This document shows positions 1-12,529 of a stretch of 64,000 nucleotides of DNA, piece by piece (the stretch's first letter is position 1; the number at the start of each line of letters is the position of its first letter). Below the pieces are notes generated by a model, which saw only the letters and a program-made list of their open reading frames with translations, was not told the DNA's origin and made no database searches. The stretch comes from the human T2T-CHM13v2.0 reference genome, Homo sapiens, in NCBI RefSeq assembly GCF_009914755.1, contig NC_060925.1, one strand, 5' to 3'. The position numbers were made by a program, and so were the translations under genes.

Positions 1-1964
1 GCCTCACAATCACTCACATTGGGCCACTTCAGCATGTCTACAATCTGCATATGTATATGTATGTGGGAGCATGCACACCAAACCACAGAGGCACATTTCC
101 ATTTCTCCCCCACATAAATATGGTGATGAATTGGCTGCTTCGAGCTTTTCTGACAGCCAGTCGAAATGGTAGCTACAATGACCAGGGGATGGCCTAGTTC
201 CTCCATGCAGAAAGGTATTCAGCACACGTAATAATTATCCATCCATCTCGTTCACACTAAAGGCATGGCAATGCAATTTTAGCCTTATAATCAAGACCAT
301 ATGACAAAAACCAAGGCCATTAGGGACCAATTTCGAGTATTCTCTGCAAGACAATGATTTTCCAACTGCACTTACATATGCTGAATAGTTACCTCTGCAC
401 GACCGCACCTGCTCTCATTTATGTAACCCCCCTGTTTTCCAAAGCCTTTCTTAGTAATGCAATAGAGCAAAGTTTTAAAGGCTCACAGGCGTTTTTTCCC
501 ATCATTATTTTTTTTCATTTTCCTAAGCATACTATGAAAATACTGAGGGTAAAATCTCTGCTCATGCCAATGACCATATTTCAGAGATTTGTTGTCTTCT
601 TTTCTGTTCCCTATCCCCGATACCTTCATCCTCCCTCTTGGCCCTGCTTGCTTTCCTTTGAACTGAGGCATGGTCTTCAGTTCAGGCCCATAATTACTTC
701 ACATGTACTTCTGACCTCACCACTTCAGGTTCAGTGACATAATAGTGTTATCTCTGAAAGGACGTGATGTCATCATAAATCACAGAGCTGTACAGGCAAA
801 GGTTCTACTTGCAAAGAGGAAGAATGCTAAAATTATTTGGAAATTATATAAAATATAGCTCAAGTATTCTTTTGTGTCTTATTTCAAAATGCTTAAAGAA
901 ATAATATAACAGATATAATTATAACTATTAAAACAATCATATGGTTTATCATTAATGATATATCAATTTGGGGGGTAATGAAAAAAACATAAGACTAGTA
1001 AGAAGGAAAACATTAAAAAACCTATGCAAAATCGAAAATGGCCCAGACACTTTATATTACTATCATTACTTTAGATTTTCTATAGATTCCATGCTCCTTC
1101 CTATTTTTCAATTGTTAAAGAGAAGATAAATATCTCTAAAACATCACTTAATTGTCATCTTGGTTCTTTAGCTTATGAGCCAAGTTACATCATATCTCAT
1201 CTCTGAACGTATTTTTTAGATTATGAGATAATGGACTTGTTAATATGAGTGCAATCAGTATTTTTTTAATTGCACTACTCCATGGATAAAAAAATGCTAT
1301 AAGTAATAACTCAACATATTAAAAAAAATAAAAACTTCAACACAGCCCCTCTCCACTGAAGAAGTCTTCACACCTCTTGGATGGCCATTTTCAGGAAAGC
1401 TCTGTAAAGATACTCAAGAACTCCCTATCCCTGCATTGGGGCCATCAAAACCAAGTTCAGTTTGCTTCATTCTATATCCTGGAAATTCCATCATTATTCC
1501 TACTTCTTGCTGCTTAATTTAACATGATGAATCTTGGCCTCTTCTAGGGAAACAAGAGCAGAGTGCATTATGCAATTTTCAATATAACGCACTAAAGGCT
1601 CCTAATTACTTGATTTAGGCATATGTAAATAAGAAGACCTTATATAAAATGAGTCAAAGATCATGCCTTGAGCATTCCACCAGTTGAACAATATTCTGAT
1701 TACCTAATCAGGTTCTAAATGTATGTATAATGTATGCCTCAGAATATCAAGGCTATCACATATAAAGCAGTATGGTTCACGTTAATATATATGCTATGTT
1801 TCTTCAATTAAGACACTTGCCAGCTGACAGGCAGAGGAGTAAGTTGTGACATCTCAGTAGTGATCCTGCCTGAGCATGTGTGAACTTAGCTGTTCATCTG
1901 ATTGTCACTTCATTGGTACTATTTGCATTGGCAACAGCATATGGAGTTGGGTTTCTGTTCCCTT

Positions 1965-3680
1965 TACTTTTAGTTGACATGTAATAATTGTACATATTTA
2001 TGCGGTATAGAGTGTTATTTCGATACATGTACATAATATGTAATGATCAAATCAGGGTAATTAGAATATCCATCATCATAACCATTTATCACTTCTTTGC
2101 ATTGGGAACATTCAAAATTTCTCTTCTAGATTTTTTGAACATATACACTAAATTATTATTAATGATATCTAACCTACAGTGCTATAGAACACTAGAACTT
2201 ATTCTATCTAGCTGTCATTTCGTATCTGTTAACCAACCTCTCCCATCCTTCCCTCACACCTACCCCTCCCAGCCTCTTATAACCATAATTATACTCTCTT
2301 TCTATGAACTCAATACTTTTAATCTCCCACGTGTAAGAACATCCAGGGTATTTCTTTTCTTTGCCTGATTTATTTCACTTGATATAATGTCCTTCAGGTT
2401 CATCCACATTGCTGTGAATGACAAAAATCTCATTCTTTTTTATGGCTGGATGGTATTCCATTGTGTTGATATACCACACTTTCTTTATTCATTAATTCCT
2501 TAATGGTCATTTAGGATGATTCCATATCTTGGCAATTGTGAATAGTGTTGCAATAAACATAAGAGTGTAGATATCTCTTTGATATGCTGATTTCCTTTCT
2601 ATTGGATAAATACACAGTAGTGGGATTGCTGGATCACACAGTAGTTCTATTTTTAGGTTTTTTTAAAAAACCCTCCATGCTGTTCACCATAGTGGCTGTG
2701 TTAATTTACATTCCCACCAGCAGTGTATAAGACTTCCCTTTTCTCTGCATCCTCACCAGCATTTGTTCTTTTTTGTCTTTTTGGTAATAGCCATTCTAAA
2801 TGAAGCGAAATGATATCTCGTTATGGTTTTGATTTTTGCAATTCCCTGATGACTAGTGATGTTGAACATTTTTTCAAATACTTATTGGCTATTTGTACCT
2901 CTTCTTTTAAGAAATCTCTATTGAGATCCTTTGCCCATTTCTAATTGAATTATTTGTTTTGCTTTGTTTTTGCTGTTGTGTTTCTTGTGTATTCTGGATA
3001 TTGGTCCCTTGTCACAGCTAGTCTGTGTCAGTTTGCAAATATTTTCTCCCATTTACAGGTTGTCTTTTGACTTCATAAATTGTTTCCTTTGCTGTGCAGA
3101 AGTTTCTTCAGTTTAATATCTACTTTTTGGTTGCTGTCTGTGTTTTTACAGTCTTACATACAAAATCTTTTCCTAGACCAATGTCCTGAAGAGTTTCCTG
3201 TATGTTTTTTTCTAGTAGTTTATAGTTTCAGGTCTTCCAGTTAAGTCTTTAATCCATTTTAAGTTTATTTTTGTATGTGGCGAGGGATAGGGATACAGTT
3301 TCAATCTTCTGCATATAGATATCCACTTTCCCCAACACCATCTATCCTTCTCCAATAGTTTACATCTTGTGGTTGCACAGCCCCAGAACTTCAGAAACAT
3401 CCTAAACTCTTTCTTTCTCTAACACCACCTCAATGAATGTTATTGGCACCTTTGTGGGAAATCAATTGCCTATAAATTTGTGGATTTATTTCTGAGTTAT
3501 CTACTCTGTTCCATCGGTCTATGTGTCAGTTTTTATACCAGTACCATGCTGTTTTGATCACTATCGCTTTGTAGTATATTTTGAAGTCAGGTAGTGTGAT
3601 GCCTCCAGCTTTGTTCCTTTTAGTATTTCTCTGGCTATTTGAAGTCTTTTGTGGTTCCATATTATGGAATTTGTTTTAAC
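1965..3680 (-). mobile_element. L1MA-type LINE-1 3' fragment (3'UTR plus ORF2 C-terminus)
   Basis: L1MA 3'UTR in reverse orientation (gatacatgtacataatatgtaatgatcaaatcagggtaattag). Minus ORF 3212-3400 contains WCWGKWISICRRLKLYPYPSPHTKINLKWIKDL, resembling ORF2p [33 protein letters not shown]. Confidence 0.92.
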
Positions 3681-4179
3681 TTAAATTTGAATCTCTTAAA
3701 ATGCCTTCAAAAAAGATTGTCTTGTGGTGATGCACTAGGTATAATGTCATTGTGTACGAAGGAGCTATCCTGTCACATGCCTGGCAGTGCAGTTAGAGAG
3801 AATAGAAATAGCCAAGTCTTTCAGAAAAAACAATAAAATCTTGAAAGCTAACAGAGGTTCGCGTTAACAATTCCTATGTCACTTGCGTACCAATATTTAT
3901 CTATCAAAAGCTTTCAATCAAGGAATAAACAAAACCAAAAGGTTAACCAAATAGGAAAAACCACAAAATAGAACAAAAATGAGATGAAATCTTAATATTC
4001 TGCAAGTCTTGAAATTATACTTTCAATCTTAAAGGTATTAAAGGCAGGTTATGAAAAGCATCATATCACTGTGATATTAAAAATATTGACTGGTGGATAA
4101 AAGTGATTCCAAAGAATTTAAATGTGAAAAGGACTTGGTTAGATTCTTATACTTCTTTGCTGAACATTAGGAATATCAC

Positions 4180-4815
4180 TTTCTTTTTACTTTCCTCCTC
4201 ACTGGTTGCTTCTTTTATCTACTCTCTGTTGATTGTTGCTCACCTCCCAGTCCTCTAAATGTTAAAGAAGCCAAGTCCTTGGATCTCTTCTTTTATCTTT
4301 CTACACTCTCCCTAGGTGGTCACAGCTAGTCTCTATAGTTTTGAATACCATATATGTACTTACAAATCCCACATTTATAACCTTAGCCAACATGTCTCCT
4401 GTGAACTCCAGACTCATTTATCTATCTTCCTACTCAGCACATTTATTTGGATCGAATATGCATATTTGTCTAATATGCATCTCAAAATTAACATTTCCAA
4501 AAATGAATCCACATTACTCTCATTCTTTAAGCAAATCTATCCTTCCCCAATATTTTACATCTTGTGGTTGCACAGCCTCAAAACTTCAGAAACATCCTCA
4601 ACTCTTTCTTTCTCTAACACCATCCATGCAATCCATTTGACTTTTCCTTCAAAAGATATCCAGAGCTGACCAGTTCCCCTCACTTCATCCTTACCACCTC
4701 TATCCACAGCACCAGCATCTCCCTCCTGGACCAGGGCAACAGCATCCCGACAGGTTTCCCTGTCTCCACCCTTGGCCTCTTCAGTCTATTCTCTATAGGC
4801 AAGCCACAGTGACAT
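4180..4815 (+). mobile_element. L2 (L2a-like), 5' part, interrupted by L1
   Basis: L2 motifs ctctaaatgtt, ctacactctccctaggtg, tgaactccagactc, gcatctcaaaattaacat. Confidence 0.85.
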
Positions 4816-4819
4816 GTTT

Positions 4820-5660
4820 TTCTTTTTTGAAAGTCTAAGTATTAAATTATCCATTAATTAACTAATTATTGCCTACGATAAGACACACAGATTTTAAGAG
4901 TAAAGTTTGATGAGTTTTGACTAATGTAAAACCATCTCCACCAAGTTACAGGACATTCCTATCATCCCCAAAAGTTTCCCTTATGATCCTGTCCACTCAA
5001 TCACCTCCCAGAGGAAACCAATGTTCTGATTCCTGCTATGAAAGTTTAGTTTTGCTTGTTTCAGAAGGTCACATGAATGGAAATGTATAGTACGCCATGT
5101 GTCCCTGGCTTCCTTTACCACAGCATAACATTTATGAGATTCATCTGTTATTGAGAGTATTAATAGTTATATCATTTTATTGATGAGTAGTATTCCATTG
5201 TATAAATATCCCCTAATTAATTCATTATTTGTTGATGGACATTTGGGGTTGTTTCACACATTTTAGCTATATGAATAAAGATGCTACAAACACTGCACAA
5301 AGCTTTTTTGTGGACTTATCCTTTTGTTGTTCTTGAGTAAACACCTGAGAGTAGAATTGCTGGGTCATAGGTAAAAATCTTTAGTTTGATAAAAACTGCC
5401 TATTTTTCAAAGTGTTGTGTTATTTTCACACTCACTAGCAATGGATAAAAGTTCAGATTACGCTACATACTTGTAAGCATTTGTCAGTGCGTTCGTGTTG
5501 ATATTGTTCGTTTTAATTTTGGCCATATTAATGGGTATACAATGGCATCTCACTGTGGTCTTTCTCGATGATGATTGTGAATATATTTCCATATGCTTAG
5601 TGACCATTTGTATATCTTCTTCTGTGAGGTGTTTGTTCAAGTCTTTTGCCCATTTTTAAA
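4820..5660 (-). mobile_element. L1ME-type 3' fragment nested in L2
   Basis: Motifs gagtagtattccattgtat, gatggacatttgggg, agaattgctgggtcatagg. Minus ORF 5458-5640 MNKHLTEEDIQMVTKHM resembles ORF2p MNRHFSKEDI...KHM. Confidence 0.88.
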
Positions 5661-5669
5661 AAGCGATCT

Positions 5670-6315
5670 TTTAAAAATATGTCAGTTCTTAACACTTCTC
5701 TGCTCAGAGCAATCCAATAGCATTTCAGATCACTCACTAAGAGCCAAAAATATTTACAGCATCCACTAAAGCACAACACGATCTGCCGCTCGGGTAACAT
5801 TATGATCTCATCTCCTAGTACTGCTCCATCTGCTTAGACTCTTCATTATCCTGGTGTCCTTGAGCAACCAATCACCAGACCTCTCAGAGCTCCTGTTCCC
5901 TCTGCAGGGATTTTCTTGTCCCAGAGATCCACCTGCCTGTTTTCTCACTTCCTTTAGTACCTTCTGGAATATTCTGCACAAAATAGCAACCAGATCTCCA
6001 GCATTCCCTATTCCCTTTATCCAGTTTTATTTTTCCCATAACACTTACCCATGAAGACGTGATTATTTTTACACTTATTTTTAGTTCCTTCGTCCCTCTC
6101 TCTTTCCCTCCCTTTTGCACTTTTATCTTCCTTCTTTCCTTCCTTCCCTCCTTCTCTCCTTCCTATTATTTATAGTTTATCTCATTCTACCAAAATATAA
6201 GCTCTATGAGGACAAGGAATTTTGCCCATTCATTCCACAACTTTTGCTCACTACTGATTCCCAGATTCTAGAACAAGTTTTTAACGCTCCAGAAGTGTTG
6301 AGAGGAATATATATT
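5670..6315 (+). mobile_element. L2 3' part, continuation of 4180-4815
   Basis: Motifs cacttctctgctcaga, ctgttccctctgc and the 3' end tataagctctatgaggacaagga. Confidence 0.75.
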
Positions 6316-6460
6316 TGAACTCTTTACCAACTTAAAGTCATAACATTTTAGTCTTTAACTATATTTTAAAAGCGGCAGATATATCTATTTAAAAGAAAAA
6401 AAACACCTAAAACTGTGCTCCCAAACACTGTACCAAATCAATTTGATTTTTAAGAAATGA

Positions 6461-6760
6461 GGCCAGGAATGTTCACTCGTGCCTGAAATCCCAGCACTTT
6501 GGGAAGCCAAGTCAGGAAGATCACTTGAGCCCACGAATTTGAGACCATCCTGGGCAGCATGGCAGGACCCTATCTTAAAAAAAAAAAATTAGCTGGATGC
6601 AGTGGTACACACCTGTAGTCTCAGCTGCTTGGAGGGCCGAGGCAGCAGGATCCCTGAAGCCCAGGAGTTCAAGGCAGGAGTAAGCTCTGATTGTGGCACT
6701 GCACTCCAGCCTGGGTGACAAAGCAAGACCCTGTCTCTAAAATAAATAAATAAATAAATA
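6461..6760 (+). mobile_element. AluJ
   Basis: Dimeric Alu with J diagnostics (gcccaggagttcaagg, gaccctgtctc) and an (AAAT)n tail. Confidence 0.95.
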
Positions 6761-6929
6761 TTTTTAAAAGAGTTTTTAAAAACTGAGACTGAGTGAGCAC
6801 GTGAATCAAATAGACTTCATAGAACAAAGTGAAAAATTATATATTTTATATATGCATCTGCATGTATACATACATCTGTACATATACATGTATAGAGAAT
6901 TTGTTAAGTAATAATAAAACAGACAAATA

Positions 6930-7090
6930 AACTAACCTATACTGAGCACTTACTGAGAAACTGTTAAACCTCACAAGAATTCCAGGAGGAACTATTCCCA
7001 CTTTACAGATAAGAACATTGAGGCTTAGGGTGTTTAAGTAACTTGTTAAATTCATACAGCTGGTCGGTTCCAGAGTCAGTATTTAAACTG
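6930..7090 (-). mobile_element. MIR
   Basis: Reverse MIR core cccactttacagataagaacattgaggcttagg...aagtaacttg. Confidence 0.75.
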
Positions 7091-7289
7091 TATTATATTG
7101 TATCACTTTGCCTAAATATTATATGTGTGTGTACGTACATTTAATTTGAATTACAAATAGAACATTGAAGAATAAAGTCTGTAATGTAAAAAAAAAATCT
7201 AGTCCCTTCCAATGCTTTTATAACATTATCATTATGTACATATTTTATGGTGTTTGAATTTTCTTTTTGTAATCATTAGCGACTACATG

Positions 7290-8065
7290 TATATCATATA
7301 TGTAGGTTATGAAACAAAATAACAGAATAAACTCTCATGGATCTACCAACCAGCTTAAATAATGAGCATTGCCAAACTAGCAAAGCTACCTGTGGACCTT
7401 TCCTCAATTCCATTCAGCTGCATTCCTCACCAGAAGTAAACACCACCTCGAATTGTGTGCATATCATTCCTTTGTTTTAATTAGAAATTTGATTACATGA
7501 ATGTGTCCCTAAATGAGGTATTGTTTAGATTATTTCTATGGGATTTTTCAAGATGGTATCATACTATCTATAGTCCTCTCTGGTTGTTTTTTGTTTTCTC
7601 ATTCAATACTACGCTTTTATGACTCCTCCATGTGTTTGTTTGTTTGTTTGTTTGTTTGTTTGTGGAGACAGAGTCTCACTTGTTGTCCAGGCTGGAGTGC
7701 TGTGGTATAATCATGGCTAGCTGCAGCCTTGAACTCTTGAGCCCAAGTTATCCTCCTGCCTTAATCTCCTGAGTAGCTGGGACTATAGGTGCATGCCACC
7801 ATGCCTGGCTAATTTTTAAAAATATAATTTTGTAGAGACAGGGTCTCGCTGTGTTACCCAGGCAGGTCTTGAACTCCTGGCTTCAAGCAGTCCTCCCACC
7901 TAGTCCTCCCAAAGTGCTGGAATTACAGGCATAAATCACCAGGCCTGGCCCAGTTCCTTCATGTAAATGCACATAGCTGTGGTGGTTCATTGATTTTAAT
8001 GCTCTACTGTATTCCTTGTAGGAACATACCAAATTTGTTTGCTCATCCTTTTGCAAGCTTCTTTC
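7290..8065 (-). mobile_element. Old L1ME 3' end, split by AluJ
   Basis: Motifs ccagaagtaaacacc, atggtatcatact, ctgtggtggttcattgatttt, gtattccttgta. Confidence 0.65.
7634..7950 (-). mobile_element. AluJ with (AAAC)n tail
   Basis: Reverse Alu ending ...ccaggcctggcc, with a (GTTT)n tail and a degenerate TSD tcctccatgt/tccttcatgt. Confidence 0.95.
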
Positions 8066-8067
8066 AT

Positions 8068-8545
8068 CAGACATCAAAACATATTACAAAGCTACTGTAA
8101 GACAATATGATATTTATACAAGGAGGAAGAGACAAAGTGATCAATGGGACCAAATAGAGAGTTTACAAAAAAGACGATGCCAGATGGTAACTTGGAATCT
8201 AACAAAGTAAATTGCAGATCCATGGGAACAAGATGAACTATTCTGTAAATTGTGCTGAGATAACTGATTAAACGTTAAAGAAACCCTACCTTATACCACA
8301 CAAAACAAATTCCAGCTGGACTAAATGTGAAAAGCAAACCTCTACAACTTTAAGAAGACAATATAACAGAATATCTTTATGACCTCTCAGTCAGCAAAAA
8401 GAAAATTATTTTGCCAGTGCAAAAATTACCAACCATAAAAAAATGATAAAGTCTATCTGGATATGAAATTATTTTTATCAAAGGATACCATAAAGAAAAT
8501 AAAAGAAACCACAAACTATTAGAAGATATTTAGAACATAAACTAC
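8068..8545 (+). mobile_element. Old L1 ORF2 fragment, opposite orientation to the adjacent L1 3' end
   Basis: Motifs atattacaaagctac, ccctaccttataccacac, gaatatctttatgacct, aaaggataccataaagaaaat. Confidence 0.75.
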
Positions 8546-10009
8546 CTCTTCTTAAGGATTTCTTTTTTAAGTATATTCCTACGTTCCCTGAAATAGTCAC
8601 AACTTGAGAAATTTACTCTTATTTTTTTTTTTTTTTGTCTATTTCTTCCTAGAGCTTGGAAGGGTACCTGGTACTTGATACATTGTTGATTAACAACCTT
8701 TTATTTTAGGCTGTTTTCTACGGCAGCATATGTAAAATTTTACCTTGCTTTAAACAAAGGCTACTAACTATAGGTGGCATTGTTGTAACATATATCATGT
8801 TCTCAATTACCTGCATGACAGCAAAGATTGATACTAGTAAAACTTCATTTAAGTTTTTTAATTCAATTGAACGAGAAGGTCATTGACACTTCAGTAATTG
8901 CTATTGAAAACCATTTGGCTAAAAGAGAAAAACACACACATATACACACACAAAATAAATTGTGACATAATCTTTACTACAGATTATTCACTTTAAAGGA
9001 ATTTCCCACTATGATTCTTGTTACAGGATCATTATTGCAATTATTTTACCTAAGAAATTATCTGATACTTCTAACCCTATAGTCACACATGACATAATTG
9101 TTACAGCCATAAAGAAAAATTGTCAGTGCTTTCTGCTATTTTTTTTAACTGCAAATAGAAAGTCCAGTTTTTAAGCTTTGTTCTTATTCAAAACTATGGA
9201 ATAAACACAAAGGAATCAAAAGAACTAGCGAGAGAAAGAAAGTGGTTTGGGAGAATCTGAGAGTAGCTCCCTTACTACAGATGGCTGGCAAGCTGGTAAC
9301 CTCAGTGTGAGGCCCTGGCATTGCCTAAGTACTACTGAATATTGGTGACCTGGTTATTTCCTCCCAACTAGGAATCTCTGGTCAAGTCTTTGAGTTTTTC
9401 TGCTTTCTTCTCTGTCTTCATTCCAAGAAGACAGGGCTTAGTGTAGCTAAGTGCCTAAAATTCCCTTGTCTGTGAATGTTTAAAAACGTGTTCCCACTTG
9501 AAAGCATGGCAGAGACAGAGGTGTAAATGAACATTTCAGGCTACAAATTTAATCTGTAAAGTCCTGCATCTGTTGTCTCATCCATTAGATGGTGTGTTTC
9601 CACAAGTAGGAATCTTTTTTTCTTTTTTCTTTTCTTTTCTCTTTTTTCTTTTCTTTCTTATTGTTAAATTATAAAATTCACTGCTAGGCTAACAAATCTT
9701 GTTGCTAAAAAACAAAGCCAGCACGCTACCAGAATGTATGAACAGAAGTGCACTGTATAGGAACCATTGAAATCTAATCACTTTAAAGCTTTCTAAAAAG
9801 ACACTGTATTTCAGGACTACATAACCAATATATTATGCAGAGAAAACTTAGAGCTCAGAAAAAACAGTGAACATGAACATAGGTGTAGAAAATAGCAACT
9901 GAGAACGTATATACAATTAATATGACAAGACGGGAAGTCTAAAAAAGAACCAGGTAGAATATCAGTTCCTGTGTGCAGAGAATGGCTCCTGATATTGTGA
10001 AAATGTGGA

Positions 10010-10205
10010 AATCCACATACCTGGGTTAGAGACCCATACGTGTCACTTACAAGCCATATGACCCTGAACAAGTTCTATAATTTCTCTTGGTTGTTTTGTG
10101 AAAGGACAGGAAAATAATATTCAACTCACTGAGTTGTTTGGAGATTTAATGAGATGATGTGCTTAAAGCACTTTGTACACTATAAGGCGCTATATAAATG
10201 TGATT
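10010..10205 (+). mobile_element. MIR
   Basis: cctgggtt...cacttac...tgaccctgaacaagt...aatgagatgatgtgcttaaagcactttgta. Confidence 0.75.
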
Positions 10206-10839
10206 CATCTACCTAAAGAATAATTATTAAAACAGATTATCCCTGAGGAAAGAACAAAAGGAAATGAGTCTATGAAATTATAGTGAAAGGAATGTATATC
10301 ACGCAGTGGGACAAGCATCCTGGCTGTGACACTGATTACTAGGGAAGCGACAGAGTTGGTTTCTGAGGTTATAAACCACCACTGCTTGACAGAATGAAAA
10401 CAATCTTGCTTAGAGGTAAAATCATAGAGTATGTGACACTTTTTGGTGCCACCCAGGATAAAAATAATTGGGCTCAAAGTTAATATAATTCATTAGATAG
10501 TTCTGTCTTCTAAAGACAGGCTTAAACCATGTTTCCTGAGGTCCTGAGGAATCTAACAGAGTCAAGCCACGTAATTCTAGAGCATTTGCTGGCTTCCTCT
10601 TGTACAAGTTGAATGAAGACTTGTCTATCCTCCTCTATTATCCTAAAATGAAGCTTTTAAAAATGAGCCACCAATCTATACAAAATAATTTGATGACATT
10701 TTGCCAAATATTAAGCCACGCAGTGGTGTCCTTAGGGAAACCCGAGAAGAGGAAAATCACGTTGTGCTCTCTGATGCCTTCCATAAGGGACACCAGAGGC
10801 CAACTTTGTGCAGGGCTCTATGGAAAGTACAAGGAAGGC

Positions 10840-11380
10840 AGAGGAGAAGCTAAAGCAGGCACAGTCTCTGCCTCAAAGTGTCTCGGTCTAGTGGGAGAGT
10901 CAGCCATTACTCAAAGCCACATTAGGAAAAGAAGTGATCTGAAAGTACACAAAACAGAGATTTGACTGACAGACAGAAGCCAGCTAAGGATTCCCTAAAG
11001 ATGAGGAGACAAAGTAGATATCTGAGAAAAGAGTAGGAATTAATCAGGCAAAGATACTACCTGGAGATTTCTAAGCAGACAGAACAGCAGATGCAAAGGT
11101 ACTGTGGCAAAAAGGAGCATGGTGATTCCAAGGATCTGAAAGAAGGCAGGAAGACAGGTGCACAGAATAGAGGATATGGAGTGAGATGAGGTGCAAGAGG
11201 TGGGTAGGGCCAAGTTAACTAGACTTTGAGGGAATGCTTAGGATTTTGGTCTTTATCCTCAGAGCAAAGCAAAGTCACTGGCACAAAGTAAACGTAGGTG
11301 AAGAGAAAGTAAATCACAGAACAGATGTAAAAACTGCATGTGGAAGGGATCAAGGATGGCCTTAGCTGCTTTGCAATGAA
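10840..11380 (-). mobile_element. L2
   Basis: Reverse L2 motifs gtctagtgggaga, gaacagcagatgcaaagg, ggattttggtctttatcct. Confidence 0.8.
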
Positions 11381-12529
11381 ATAGATTAAAGATCACTGGC
11401 TGCCTCCTTAAGTCACAGGTCTGCTGACAGCAACATCATCCACTCCATACCCCCATCCCCAAAGGACACTGTATAGCCTGATCATCTCCACTTCCCTATC
11501 CCATGGGCAACTCTGCTGAGCAAGTCATTTGCCTCACAGAAGCTGATGATGGCTCTGGGGAGTTTAGATAATGGCAGTATATGATGGAATATGCATTTCC
11601 TAAAATGGAATGAGTGTATAGAGGGGTGAGGGTGGCAGCTGACACTGAGCGTGAATCTGTATGTGTCTACCTAACGCTAAAGCTACACCTGGAAGGAAAA
11701 ATCATTACCCAAACTCACTTCTTCTTCCTGGTCTAGATAATGGCTCTCTATATTAAAAATGTTCCTACTATTAGTAGTTCTTTATAAAAGGAGAAGAGAA
11801 GGAAAAAAAAAACCTCTGGCAGAGAAATAATAACAAAATGTATGATCCACAGAGGTGGTGGGAAGATATAACGTTATTTTACATATTTGATATAGAGCCT
11901 AAATTAAGCCATAGAAAAGAGGCCATGAATCTTCACAGCCTCATTATCAAGCTTCCCTAAACCTCAAATACAGAAAAATACATTTCATAAACAAAGATCC
12001 AATAGGATTTTAATAGTTCAATAAATTTCACAGACATTTGCACTAATCACATTTCATTACATTTTTTAAAAGAAATTCCATTGATGGAGTGTCAGATTTT
12101 GAAAGAGGGCACAAAATATCTTTTGGGAAGCTAGTTTTGGCTAACCATGAAAATGCAAGTCAAATGTATCATGGACAAGTCAAATGTTATGCAACCGAAA
12201 AGTTACACATATGCCTTTTTTTTTTTTCCTACTTCTTGACTCCATTGTGTCAAGAGTCAATCTCTTAAATCCCTCAGGACACATCTTTCCTCCAAACCAT
12301 CCCAACCTGAATGGCAAGAAATTCAGACTTCAGTATAAGCTGTCAGTCCCTAAGATGTTCTATGGTCCTGGATGCCTATCAGCAGCTCCATTTTTTCAAG
12401 ATGTAGATGAATTTTTTAATGCAAGGCTTCATCTATTAATTACCAACTTATTGAAGGCATTCTAGTTTGAATGTTATCACCACAATCATCTCATCCCCAG
12501 TGAAAGAAATACATTTATCCAGTACTACA

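Noticed and set aside
11665-11710. 18-nt minus-strand micro-exon (ttccttccag|...TAG|GTAGAC)
   Set aside because: The donor is too weak and there is no other support.
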